The notes beneath the pieces were generated by a model. It searched no databases, was not told the origin of the DNA, and saw only the letters and a program-made list of their open reading frames with translations. From positions 372,001 to 436,000 of the forward strand of contig NW_027139272.1 of the NCBI RefSeq assembly GCF_035084215.1: a DNA stretch of 64,000 nt, in the 5' to 3' direction. The stretch's first letter is position 1, and each line of letters opens with the position of its first letter. Source of the DNA: Heptranchias perlo. Lineage: Eukaryota. Below, in pieces: positions 49,619 through 61,600 of the stretch. A program made the translations under genes and the position numbers.

Positions 49619-52600
49619 CTATTGAATTTTAAAATGATGTTGATCAATAATTATTTCCTAATGATTTCATTAGGTGCTTCATTAAGCTGCACACTGGTAC
49701 AGTACATGTCTGATAGGGTAATGAACAATTAAAAATGGATTGAAACATGCCTAACTGGCTCCATTACAAATAATAAGCAGAATACAACTCGTTACCATTT
49801 ATTAATCTCAGAAACAGGGCAGTTCCTGACTCGTTACAGAGTTTAAAGTGCAATTCCTGTACTCTGCAGATTAAATCAACACACGAACCACCTGATATCA
49901 GGGATAGAGGCTGCAGAATTACACACTGTAAAATAACAGTGCAATGCCAAGGAGGGGAAACTATTGGCCATTTCTTTTGACAGATGATGGTTGCAGATTG
50001 CAATGTTTGGCCACAGGGAGTGGTTGAGACAGAGACCATTGTATGTTTTAAGGGAAGGGTGGCTAAACATTCGAAGCTCAGGGAGATACAGAGCAGTGAG
50101 GTTAGTTTGGGATTGATACAGGACTATGGGGAGAGAGTGGGGCAGTGGGATTAGTTTGGGATTGATGCAGGGCGATGGGGAGAGAGTGGGGCAGTGGGAT
50201 TAGTTTGGGATTGATGCAGGGCTATGGGGAGAGAGTAGGGCAGTGGGATTAGTTTGGGATTGATACAGGGCTATGGGGAGATACAGAGCAGTGGGTTTAG
50301 TTTGGGATTGATACAGGGCTATGGGGAGAGAGTGGGACAGTTGGATTAGTTTGGGATTGATACAGGGCTATGGGGAGAGAGTGGGGCAGTGGGATTAGTT
50401 TGGGATTGATACAGGGCTATGGGGAGGGCGAGGGGCAGTGGGATTAGTTTGGGATTGATACAGGGCTATGGGGAGGGCGCGGGGCAGTGGGATTAGTTTG
50501 GGATTGATACAGGGCTATGGGGAGAGAGTGGGGCAGTGGGGTTAGTTTGGATTGAGACAGGGCTATGGGGAGGGCGTGGGGCAGTGGGATTAGTTTGGGA
50601 TTGATACAGGGCTCTGGGGAGAGAGTGGGGCAGTGGGGTTAGTTTGGATTGTGACAGGGCGATGGGGAGAGAGTGGGACGGGGGATTAGTTTGGGATTGA
50701 TACAGGGCTATGGAGGGAGAGTGGGGCAGTGGGATTAGTTTGGGATTGATACAGGGCTATGGGGAGAGAGTGGGGCAGTGGGATTAGTTTGGGATTGATA
50801 CAGGGCTATGGGGAGAGAGTGGGGCAGTGGGATTAGTTTGGGATTGATACAGGGCTATGGGGAGAGAGTGGGGCAGTGGGATTAGTTTGGGATTGATACA
50901 CGGCTATGGGGAGAGAGTGGGGCAGTGGGATTAGTTTGGGATTGATACAGGGCTATGGGGAGAGAGTGGGGCAGTGGGATTAGTTTGGGATTGATACACG
51001 GCTATGGGGAGAGAGTGGGGCAGTGGGGTTAGTTTGGATTGTGACAGGGCTATGGGGAAAGGGCAGTCTCTCCAATTGAAATCCTCCCACTCAGCAGAGG
51101 CCAGGGGTTAAATCTGGGACCCTCTGGTCTGTCCGTCTTTGTTCCAGATTGGGCAGGTCATTTACCAATTGTGCTATTGGGTAAATTGAAGGGGATTTTG
51201 CTCAGTGTAACACCGTGAAAGGTGGGCATGTGCTATTGAAAGAGAAAAGGAAGAGGTGTATTTATATAACACCTTTCATGAGCTCAGGATGTCTCAAAGC
51301 ACTTTACAGCCAATTAAACTATTTTGAAGTGTCGTCACTGTTGTGATGTGGAAAACCCGGCAGCCAATTTGCGCACAGCAAGATCCCATGACCAGCAATG
51401 TGATAATGATCAGATCACTTTTTTTATATTCATGTTTATTGAGGGATAAATATTGGCCAGGACACCGGGGATAACTCTCCTGCTCATCCTCGAAATAATG
51501 TCATGGGATGTTTCACCTCCACCTGAGATGGCAGTTGGGGCCTTGACTTAACATCTCATCCGAAAGATGGCACCTCCCACAGTGCCGCACTCCCTCAGTA
51601 CTGACCCTCCGACAGTGCAGCTCTCCCTCAGTACTGACCCTCCGACAGTGCAGCTCTCCCTCAGTACTGACCCTCCGACAGTATCGCACTCCCTCAGTAC
51701 TGTCCCTCCGACAGTGCAGCGCTCCCTCAGTACTGACCCTCCGACAGTACCGCACTCCCTCAGTCCTGACCCTCAGACAGTGCAGCACTCCCTCAGTACT
51801 GACCCTCCGACAGTGCAGCACTCCCTCAGTACTGACCCTCAGACAGTGCAGCACTCCCTCAGTACTGTCCCTCAGACAGTGCAGCACTCCCTCAGTACTG
51901 ACCCTCCGACAGTACCGCACTCCCTCAGTACTGACCCTCAGACAGTGCAGCTCTCCCTCAGTACTGACCCTCCGACAGTACCGCACTCCCTCAGTACTGA
52001 CCCTCCGACAGTGCCGCTCTCCCTCAGTACTGACCCTCCGACAGTGCCGCTCTCCCTCAGTACTGACCCTCCGACAGTGCCGCTCTCCCTCAGTACTGAC
52101 CCTCCGACAGTGCCGCTCTCCCTCAGTACTGACCCTCCGACAGTGCCGCTCTCCCTCAGTACTGACCCTCCGACAGTGCCGCTCTCCCTCAGTACTGACC
52201 CTCCGACAGTGCAGCTCTCCCTCAGTACTGCCCCTTTGACAGTGCCGCTCTGCCTCAGTACTGACCCTCCGACAGTGCAGCTCTCCCTCAGTACTGACCC
52301 TCCGACAGTGCAGCACTCCCTCAGTACTGACCCTCCGACAGTGCCGCTCTCCCTCAGTACTGACCCTCCGACAGTGCCGCACTCCCTCAGTACTGCCTCT
52401 TTGACAGTGCAGCTCTCCCTCAGTACTGACCCTCCGACAGTGCCACACTCCCTCAGTACTGCCCCTTTGACAGTGCAGCGCTCCCCCGAAGGATGCAGAG
52501 ACACGGGGAAGGACCCTGCGGCACAGGGAATGACCTTGAGGCACAGGGAATGACCTCGAGTCACAGGGAATGATCTAGAGTCACAGGGGAGGATCCAGAG

Positions 52601-55600
52601 AAGTGGGGAAGGACGCAGAGACACAAGGAAGGACCCTGAGGCACGGCAATGACCCAGAGGCACAGGGAAGGATGCAGAGGCACAGGGAATGACCCTGAGA
52701 CACAGGGAAGGACCCAGAGGCACGAGGAAGGACCCAGAGGCACGAGGAAGGACCCAGAGGCACGAGGAAGGACCCAGAGGCACAGGGAAGGATGCAGAGG
52801 TACGAGGAAGGACCCAGAGGCACAGGGAAGGATGCAGAGGAACGGGGAATGATCCAGAGGCACGGGGAAGGACCCTGAGACACGGGGAATGATGCAGAGG
52901 CACAGGGAATGACCGAGAGGCACGGGGAAGGACCCAGAGGCACGGGGAAGGATCCAGAGGCACGGGGAAGGACCCAGAGGCACGGGGAAGGACCCAGAGG
53001 CACGGGGAAGGACCCAGAGGCACGGGGAGGGACCCAGAGGCACGGGGAATGACCCAGAGGCACGGGGAATGACCCAGAGGCACAGGGAATGACCCAGAGG
53101 CACAGGGAATGACCCAGAGGCACAGGGAAGGATGCAGAGACACAGGGAAGGACGCAGAGGCACGGGGAATGACCCAGAGGCACAGGGAAGGACCCAGAGG
53201 CACAGGGAAGGACCCAGAGGCACAGGGAAGGACCCAGAGGCACAGGGAAGGACCCAGAGGCACAGGGAAGGACGCAGAGGCACGGGGAATGATCCACAGG
53301 CACAGGGAAGGACCCAGAGGCACAGGGAAGGATGCAGAGGCACAGGGAATGATCCAGAGGCACGGGGAAGGACCCAGAGGCACGGGGAAGGACCCAGAGG
53401 CACGGGGAATGATCCAGAGGCACGGGGAATGATCCAGAGGCACGGGGAATGATCCAGAGGCACGGGGAATGACCCAGAGGCACGGGGAATGACCCAGAGG
53501 CACAGGGAATGACCCAGAGGCACAGGGAAGGACCCAGAGGCACGGGGAATGACCCAGAGGCACGGGGAATGACCCAGAGGCACAGGGAATGACCCAGAGG
53601 CACAGGGAATGACCCAGAGGCACAGGGAATGATCCAGAGGCACGGGGAATGACCCAGAGGCACAGGGAATGACCCAGAGGCACAGGGAAGGACCCAGAGG
53701 CATGGGGAAGGACCCTGTGGGCCCCCAAGACACGGGGAAAAGCCCTGCGGCCCTCCCGAGAATCGGGGATGGACCCAGAGTTCCAGGAAGTACCTCGCGG
53801 CCCCCCCGAGACACAGGGAAAGACCCTGAGGACCCCCCCCCGATTTGCCACTCACCCCAGGGTACGTTGATCCCCCGCAGGAGGCTGGCGTGCTCGATAT
53901 GACAGGAGTAGCTCTTCCTGTCGTCTCCACTCAGCTCGATCGTTTTCAGTACCCGATAGGTCATATCCTGGTTGGGCAGCACGTCACTGGATTCAATGTC
54001 AGCGATCTCCTCGCCATTCCCCAACCAAGTCACCTCGATGGCCCAGGGGTAGAACCCCGACACAAGGCAGGAGACCCTTAGCACTCTGTCCCCGTCACTC
54101 CTCTTCCCAATAAACACCTCAGGGGCGACTGAGAGATTTAAACAAAGAGTACAATCGGTGACAAGTTCTCTTCTTTTGCCTTCATTTCTTCCCCGCCCAC
54201 CACCATCAATTTTCTCGGCCTGAAGGCAGATGACTGATGCTGAGAGACAGCTGGAGTTCACCGGAGTTCAGCTGAGGGGTCACCTGATAGAGGTCGTTAA
54301 GATTATGAAAGGGTTTGATAGGATAGACGTAGGGAAGATGGGCGCTAAATAGGGCCGTGTAGCGCCCGTTGTTTCGGCGCTAGACGGCCTCTCCGACATC
54401 CAAGATGGCGTCTCGGATGCGCACGCACGTTTCCTGCATGACGTGCGCCAGACGCCATCTTGGTATAGGAGTTAGTGCAGGCGCAGATAACGAACGCTGG
54501 AATCATGTAAAGTAGGGAGAAAATGGCTTCAATCAGTGTGCAACGCTGATTTAAAGTGATAGACACCATTTCGGGACTTAACGCTCAACTCAACGCACAG
54601 TCTTAACCCCGACCATCTGAACGTGTCTTACAGTTCCTGGAGGACCCCCCACCGGCTCTATTTAAAGGGACCATGCAGGATTTACAGGTTAGTGGCTGGA
54701 TTATTGCTTCTGGCTGCCAAGACATTCAAAACTGTTTTCGGAGGTCTCCTACATTTGAATACTGGGACACGGGGACATCGCCAAACATTTAGAGCCATGA
54801 CGTGCAGGAGTGAAGTTAGGAAATGCTTCTTCACACAAAGGGTGGGAGATGTTTGGAACGCTCTTCTACAGACGGCAGTTGATGCTCGCTCACTTGTGAA
54901 TGTTAAATCTGAGATTGATAGATTTCTGTGAACCAAGGGTATTATGGGATATGGGGCTAAGGTGGGTATATGGAGTTAGGTCACAGGTCCACCATGATCT
55001 CATTGAATGGTGGAACAGGCTCGAGGGGCTGAATGCCACTGTCACTTGCTGCCTCTTGATATGCACCACCTTCTCCTGTGTCTGGGTGATGTTCCTGTCA
55101 TGGTTGAATAGCTGCCAGTGTGTGTGGCCTGTGAGTTGTGGGTGGGCGGCTTGAAACAGTGGTAATGTGTAAGGGTGAGAGGAAGCATCTGATGGGAAGA
55201 GTTGAGTACTGATGGAAAGAGTTTGTTGGTATGTGGGTGATGGGGGTGTCGTGTGTGGAGCAGTTGGTTGGAGACAACACTTGACAGTTGACCTCACTCA
55301 CCTTGACCACTCATGTCAAAGCATTGAACTTCTTCCTGCAATACATCCATGTTCATGATGCTGTGAGCCTGGGATTGACTTCGTCCCCCGCTGCCTCCCA
55401 CTGCCTTTTGGATATCTGTCTGGAGGGCCTCTTGCCCCCCTCCCCCCACCAACTGTGGATATAGGATGTCCCTCCTTCTGTCCACCTCTTGCACCAAGGC
55501 CTCTAGTGCATCAGCAGAGAACCCTGGTGCATGCACTCTCACAGGCCTGGTACCAACTCAGATCGGCAGATTGGTGAGGTCTGGTGTGCAGATTGGAGGA

Positions 55601-58600
55601 TGTGGGATTTAGTAGTGTGCAACCTTTATTCAATGTTTTAACATAACTCATCAGTGTGTATGTAAACATAGGGATGGGACCTGCATCGTGTTTTACGTGT
55701 GTGATGTCTGATCTCCGTTCAGACTCCGTGCAGACTGTTATTTTCAGCAAATAACAGGTACCAGCTACCTTTAAGAGATTTCTGACAAACATCCTCCCTT
55801 TAAGAGATTGCCCTCCCTCTGGTGGTGGAAAGTGTGAATTGCATTGATTCCAGGTGCAAGGCCTGGGATGGAACGCTGATCGCAGGTCGGTCCTCGGGTG
55901 GGTCGAAACTTGCATCCTGCCTGCGCCGGGACCATTGGACACGGGGTAAAGCACATCACGCTGCCCCCGCCCAAAAACGGCCACATCCAAATTTTTCCCC
56001 CGATGTTTCCACTTGTGGCAGAGGCCAGAACGAGGGGCCATAAATATAAGAGAGTCACTAATAAATCCAATGGGGAATTCAGGAGAAACTCAGAGAGTGG
56101 TTTGAATGTGGAGCTCGCTCTCACAAGGAGTAGTTGAGGCGAATAGAACAGATGCCTTTAAGGGGAAGCTGGATAAACACATGAGGGAGAAAGGAATAGA
56201 AGGATATGCTGATCGGGGGAGATGAAGTAGGGAGGGTGCAGCAATAACACTGGCATAGACCTGTTGGGCCGAATGGCCTGTTTCTGTGTTGTAAATTCCA
56301 TGTAACGGGTCACGTTCCGGTAACGCACACAAGCACCCAGTGTTCACGAGTGAGCCTTCACAGTGAGGACCAGGACGCTATTCAACCATGGGGGTATTAC
56401 AATTTAGTTGAACCCCGTGCTCACCCGATGTCAACACGCACGGGCTTTCCAGCCGGGGAGACTGAGTAGGTCATTGGATTTAGGTCACCTGCCCGCTTAT
56501 CTCCCCCATCCCCACCCCACCCACCCCAAGGGGTACTGAGGCCAGGTGCAGCACCCCTCACTGCTACCCTGTCCGGGAACAGCTGGCTCAGGACAGACTG
56601 GGAATATAAACTTTGCCTGTACGGCACCTCCAGTTCCTGCTCGCTCGAGGTACCTTTCCTCTGTAGTGCTTCTCGCCCAGCCCGAAGGTATATCAGCAGC
56701 CACTTCACACAGTCCTTTTCCAACAGGGTCTTGAAGTATTTGTTCATGAAGGTGTTTGCATTCCACCGGTCTGCTAAAGTCTGGAACTCTGGATTCACCG
56801 CAATCCAACTCAATCTGTCCTTGTCAAAAACATACGCGTCCTCCCCGTCATATCCAAACTTTATAAACCCCTCCGTGGAGTTGTCGCTGTTCAGTTCGCA
56901 GCCACACATTCCCTGGACAAAGAAAACACCTGGAGAAACAACTCAAGTCAATTGAAAATGTGAAAAGGGTTCGATCGGGTACATACAACAACAACAACTT
57001 GCATTTATATAGCGCCTTTCACGGAGTAAAACATCACAAGGCACTTGACAAACAAAATTTGACACCGAGCCACATAAGGAGATATTAGGACAGGTGACCA
57101 AAAGCTTGGACAAAGAGGTAGGTTTGAAGGAGCATCTTAAAGGAGGAGAGAGAGGCGGAGAGGTTTAGGGAGGGAATTCCAGAGGGACTATTTCCTCAGG
57201 TGGGGGAATCAAGATCTTAGATTCAGAGCCAGGCCATTTAGGAGTGAAATCAGGAAGCACTTTATCACACAAAGGGGAGTGGGAATCAGGAACTCTCTCC
57301 CCCAAAAGGCTGTGGGATGCTGGGGGCCCATTGGAGCTTTCAAGACTGAGATTGTTAAATTTTTGTTCGGTAAGGGTATCGATGGATAGGAAGCAAAGGC
57401 TGGAAAATGGAGTTACGGTGCAGATTAGCCATGATATAAATGAATGGTGGAGCAGGCTCGATGGGCTGAATGGCCTCTTCCTCTTTCGATGCTCCTAAGC
57501 AGCTGTGTTACGTTGAGGTTCCATTTATGTCCTGCTGTCTTGGACTTTAACCTTAGCAATAGGTTAGATTGTCACAGAGAGTCATCGATCTCTGGAATTT
57601 CAGTGGGATGAGAACAGATCTGGTCCCGGGTAAATTGGAATCAAAGATTGTCAGGCAAAACTGTAATTGAACAGTGGGCGGCCTTTAAGGAGGAGATGAT
57701 TCGGGTACAGTCTCCACGAGGGAGAAAGGGAGGGCAACTAAAGCCAGAGCTCCCTGGATGACAAAAGAGATAGAGAGTAAGATGAAACAGAAAAAAGGAG
57801 CATATTACAGATGTCAGGTTGATAATACAAGTGAGAACCAGGCAGAATATAGAAAGTTCAGAGGAGAAGTGAAAAAGGAAATAAGAGGGGCAAAGAGAGA
57901 GTCTGAGAATAGACTGGCGGCCAACATAAAAGGGAATCCAAAAGTCTTCTGTAGGTATCTAAACAGTAAACAGGTAGTAAGAGGAGGGGTGGGGCCGATT
58001 AGGGACCATAAAGGAGATCTACTCATGGAGGCAGAGGAGATGGCCAAGGTACTAAATGAGTAATTTGCATCTGTTTTTACCAAGGAAGAAGATGCTGCCA
58101 GAGTCTCAGTAAAGGAAGATATAGTTGAGATACTGGATGGGCTAAAAATTGATAAAGAGGAGGTACTTGAAAGGCTGGCTGTATTTAAAGTAGATCAGTC
58201 ACCCAGTCCGGATGGGATGCATCCTAGGTTGCTGAGGGAAGTAAGGGTGGAAATTGCGGAGATACTGGCCATAATCTTCCAAACATCCGTAGATACAGGG
58301 GTGGTGCCAGAGGACTGGAGAATTGCAAAAGTTATATCCTTGTTCAAAAAAAGGTGTAAGGATAAACCCAGCAACTACAGGTCAGTCAGTTTAACCTCGG
58401 TGGTGGGGAAACTTTTAGAAATGATAATCCGGGACAGAATTAACAGTCACTTGGACGAGTGTGAATTGATTAGGGAAAGCCAGCACGGATTTAAAGGCAA
58501 AACATATTTAACTAACCTGATACAGTTTTTTGATGAGGTAACAGAGAGAGTAGATGAGGGCAATGCGGTTGATGTGATGTATATGGACTTCCAAAAGGCG

Positions 58601-61600
58601 TTTGATAAAGTGCCGCATGGTCGGCTTATCATCAAGATTGCGGCCCATGGAATAAAGGGGGCAGTAGGGACAGGAAACAGAGAGTAGTGGTGAACGGTTG
58701 TTTTTCGGACTGGAGGGAGGTGCACAGTAGTGTTCCCCAGGGGTCGGTGCTGGGACCACTGCTTTTCTTGATATATATTAATGACTTCAACTTGGGTGTA
58801 CGGGGCACAATTTCAAAATTTGCAGATGGCACAAAGCTCGGAAAGGTAGTGAACAGTGAGGATAGTGATAGACTTCAAGAGGATATAGACAGGCTGGTGG
58901 AATGGGCAGACACGTGGCAGATGAAATTTAATGCAGAAAAACGCGAAGTGATACATTTCGATAGGAAGAACGAGGAGAGGCAATATAAACTAGAGGGCAC
59001 AATTCTAAAAGGGTACAGGAACAGAGAGATCTGGGGGTATATGTGCACAAATCATTCAAGGGAGCAGGGCAGGCTCAGAAAGCGGTTAAAAAAACATCCT
59101 GGATCCTGGGCTTTTTAAATAGAGGCATAGAGTACAAAAGTATGGAAGTCATGATGAACCTTTATAAAACACTGGTTCGGCCACAACGGGAGTATGGTGT
59201 CCAGTTCTGGGCACCGCACTTTAGGAAGGATGTGAAGGCCTTGGAGAGGGTGCAGAATAGATTTACCAGAATGATTCCAGGGATGAGGGACTTTAGTTAT
59301 GTGGATGGACTGGAGAAGCTGGGGTTGTTCTCCTTGGAACAGAGACGGTTGCGAGGAGATTTGATCGAAGTGTTTAAAATCATGAAGAAACTATTCCCAT
59401 TGACAGAAGGGTTAAAAACCAGAGGTCATAGATTTAAGGTGATTGGCAAAAGAAGCAAAGGTGACTTGAGGAAAAACTTTTTTACACAGCGAGTGGTTAG
59501 GATCTGGAATGCACGGCCCGAGGGGATGGTGGAGGCAGATTCAATCGTGGACTTCAAAAGGGAACTGGATAAGTAATGAAAGGAAAAAATTTGGAGGGCT
59601 ACAGGGATAGGGCAGGGGAGTGGGACTAGCTGGATTGCTCTTGCATAGAACCAGCACGGACTCAATGGGCCGAATGGCCTCCTTCCGTGCTGTCACCTTT
59701 CTGTGATTCGATGAACAAGTTGCCTGCATGCACAGTGTGTGTGTGTGGACTGCAAGTGTTGGAAAGGGGACTGGCGACCAATAGAAAGTATCTCGAGTTA
59801 TAGGAGGTGTGTGGGGTTAATGGGGACCAGTGATATCAGACACTGTGGTCTCCTGCACCTTCCTCGATTCCCTGGGGGGGGGGGTCGCAGAGGAATCTCC
59901 CAGAGTGTTTGCTTTCCTAACTTGGCCTCAGTTTCATCCTCTTTCTTTGGCCTCTCCCAGGAGATTGTGTGACTGTGGGAGGGAGAGGGTGCTGATGGTG
60001 TGTGTGTGTGTGTTGTTTCACCGTGCCAAGACAGGACAGGCTTGATGGACCCGCCTGTCCTGATTTCATCTGTTTGTTAGTAACCCTGGCAACGCAGCTT
60101 TAGAAGAGGAGAAACAAGTGGCAGCGATGATTTCATTCCAACGTTCAAGGTGCTCACATCAAATCCCTCAGTGCTGCCCCTCCCTCAGTGCTGCACTCCC
60201 TCAGTGCTGCCCCTCCCACAGTGCTGCCCCTCCCACAGTGCTGCCCCTCCCACAGTGCTGCCCCTCCCTCAGTGCTGCCCCTCCCACAGTGCTGCCCCTC
60301 CCACAGTGCTGCCCCTCCCACAGTGCTGCCCCTCCCACAGTGCTGCCCCTCCCTCAGTGCTCCCCCTCCCTCAGTGCTGCCCCTCCCACAGTGCTGCCCC
60401 TCCCTCAGTGCTGCCCCTCCCTCAGTGCTGCACTGGGAGTGCCAGCCGAGATTTTGTGCTCCAGTCTCTGGAGTGGGACTTGAACCCACAACCTTCTGAA
60501 CTGGAGGTGAGAGTAAGAAGGTCGTGGTTTCAGGCCCCACTCCAGAGATTTGAGCGCATTATCCGGGCTGACACTCCAGTGCAGTACTGAGGGAGCGCTG
60601 CACTGTCGGAGGGGCAGTACTGAGGGAGCGCTGCACTGTCGGAGGGGCAGTACTGAGGGAGTGCTGCACTGTCGGAGGGGCAGTACTGAGGGAGTGATGC
60701 ATTGTCGGAGGGGCAGTACTGAGGGAGTGATGCATTGTCGGAGAGGCAGTACTGAGGGAGTGATGCACTGTCGGAGGGGCAGTACTGAGGGAGTGATGCA
60801 TTGTCGGAGGGGCAGTACTGAGGGAGTGATGCATTGTCGGAGAGGCAGTACTGAGGGAGTGATGCACTGTCAGAGGGGCAGTACTGAGGGAGTGATGCAT
60901 TGTCGGAGGGGCAGTACTGAGGGAGTGATGCATTGTCGGAGGGGCAGTACTGAGGGAGTGATGCATTGTCGGAGAGGCAGTACTGAGGGAGTGATGCACT
61001 GTCAGAGGGGCAGTACTGAGGGAGTGATGCATTGTCGGAGGGGCAGTACTGAGGGAGTGATGCATTGTCGGAGGGGCAGTACTGAGGGAGCGCTGCACTG
61101 TCGGAGGGGCAGTACTGAGGGAGTGCTGCACTGTCGGAGGGGCAGTACTGAGGGAGTGCTGCACTGTCGGAGGAGCAGTACTGAGGGAGTGATGCATTGT
61201 CGGAGAGGCAGTACTGAAGGAGTGATGCATTGTCGGAGAGGCAGTACTGAGGGAGTGCTGCACTGTCGGAGGGGCAGTACTGAGGGAGCGCTGCACTGTC
61301 GGAGGGGCAGTACTGAGGGAGTGCTGCACTGTCGGCGGGGCAGTACTGAGGGAGTGATGCATTGTCGGAGAGGCAGTACTGAGGGAGTGATGCATTGTCG
61401 GAGAGGCAGTACTGAGGGAGTGATGCATTGTCGGAGAGGCAGTACTGAGGGAGTGCTGCACTGTCGGCGGGGCAGTAGTGAGGGAGCGCTGCACTGTCGG
61501 AGAGGCAGTACTGAGGGAGTGCTGCACTGTCGGAGAGGCAGTACTGAGGGAGTGCTGCATTGTCGGAGGGGCAGTACTGAGGGAGTGATGCATTGTCGGA

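Noticed and set aside
51513-53851. Long ORFs of 328-637 aa, including the extension of the alpha3 ORF
   Set aside because: They arise from 33-bp and 20-bp minisatellites; alpha3 has a strong donor after 53856.
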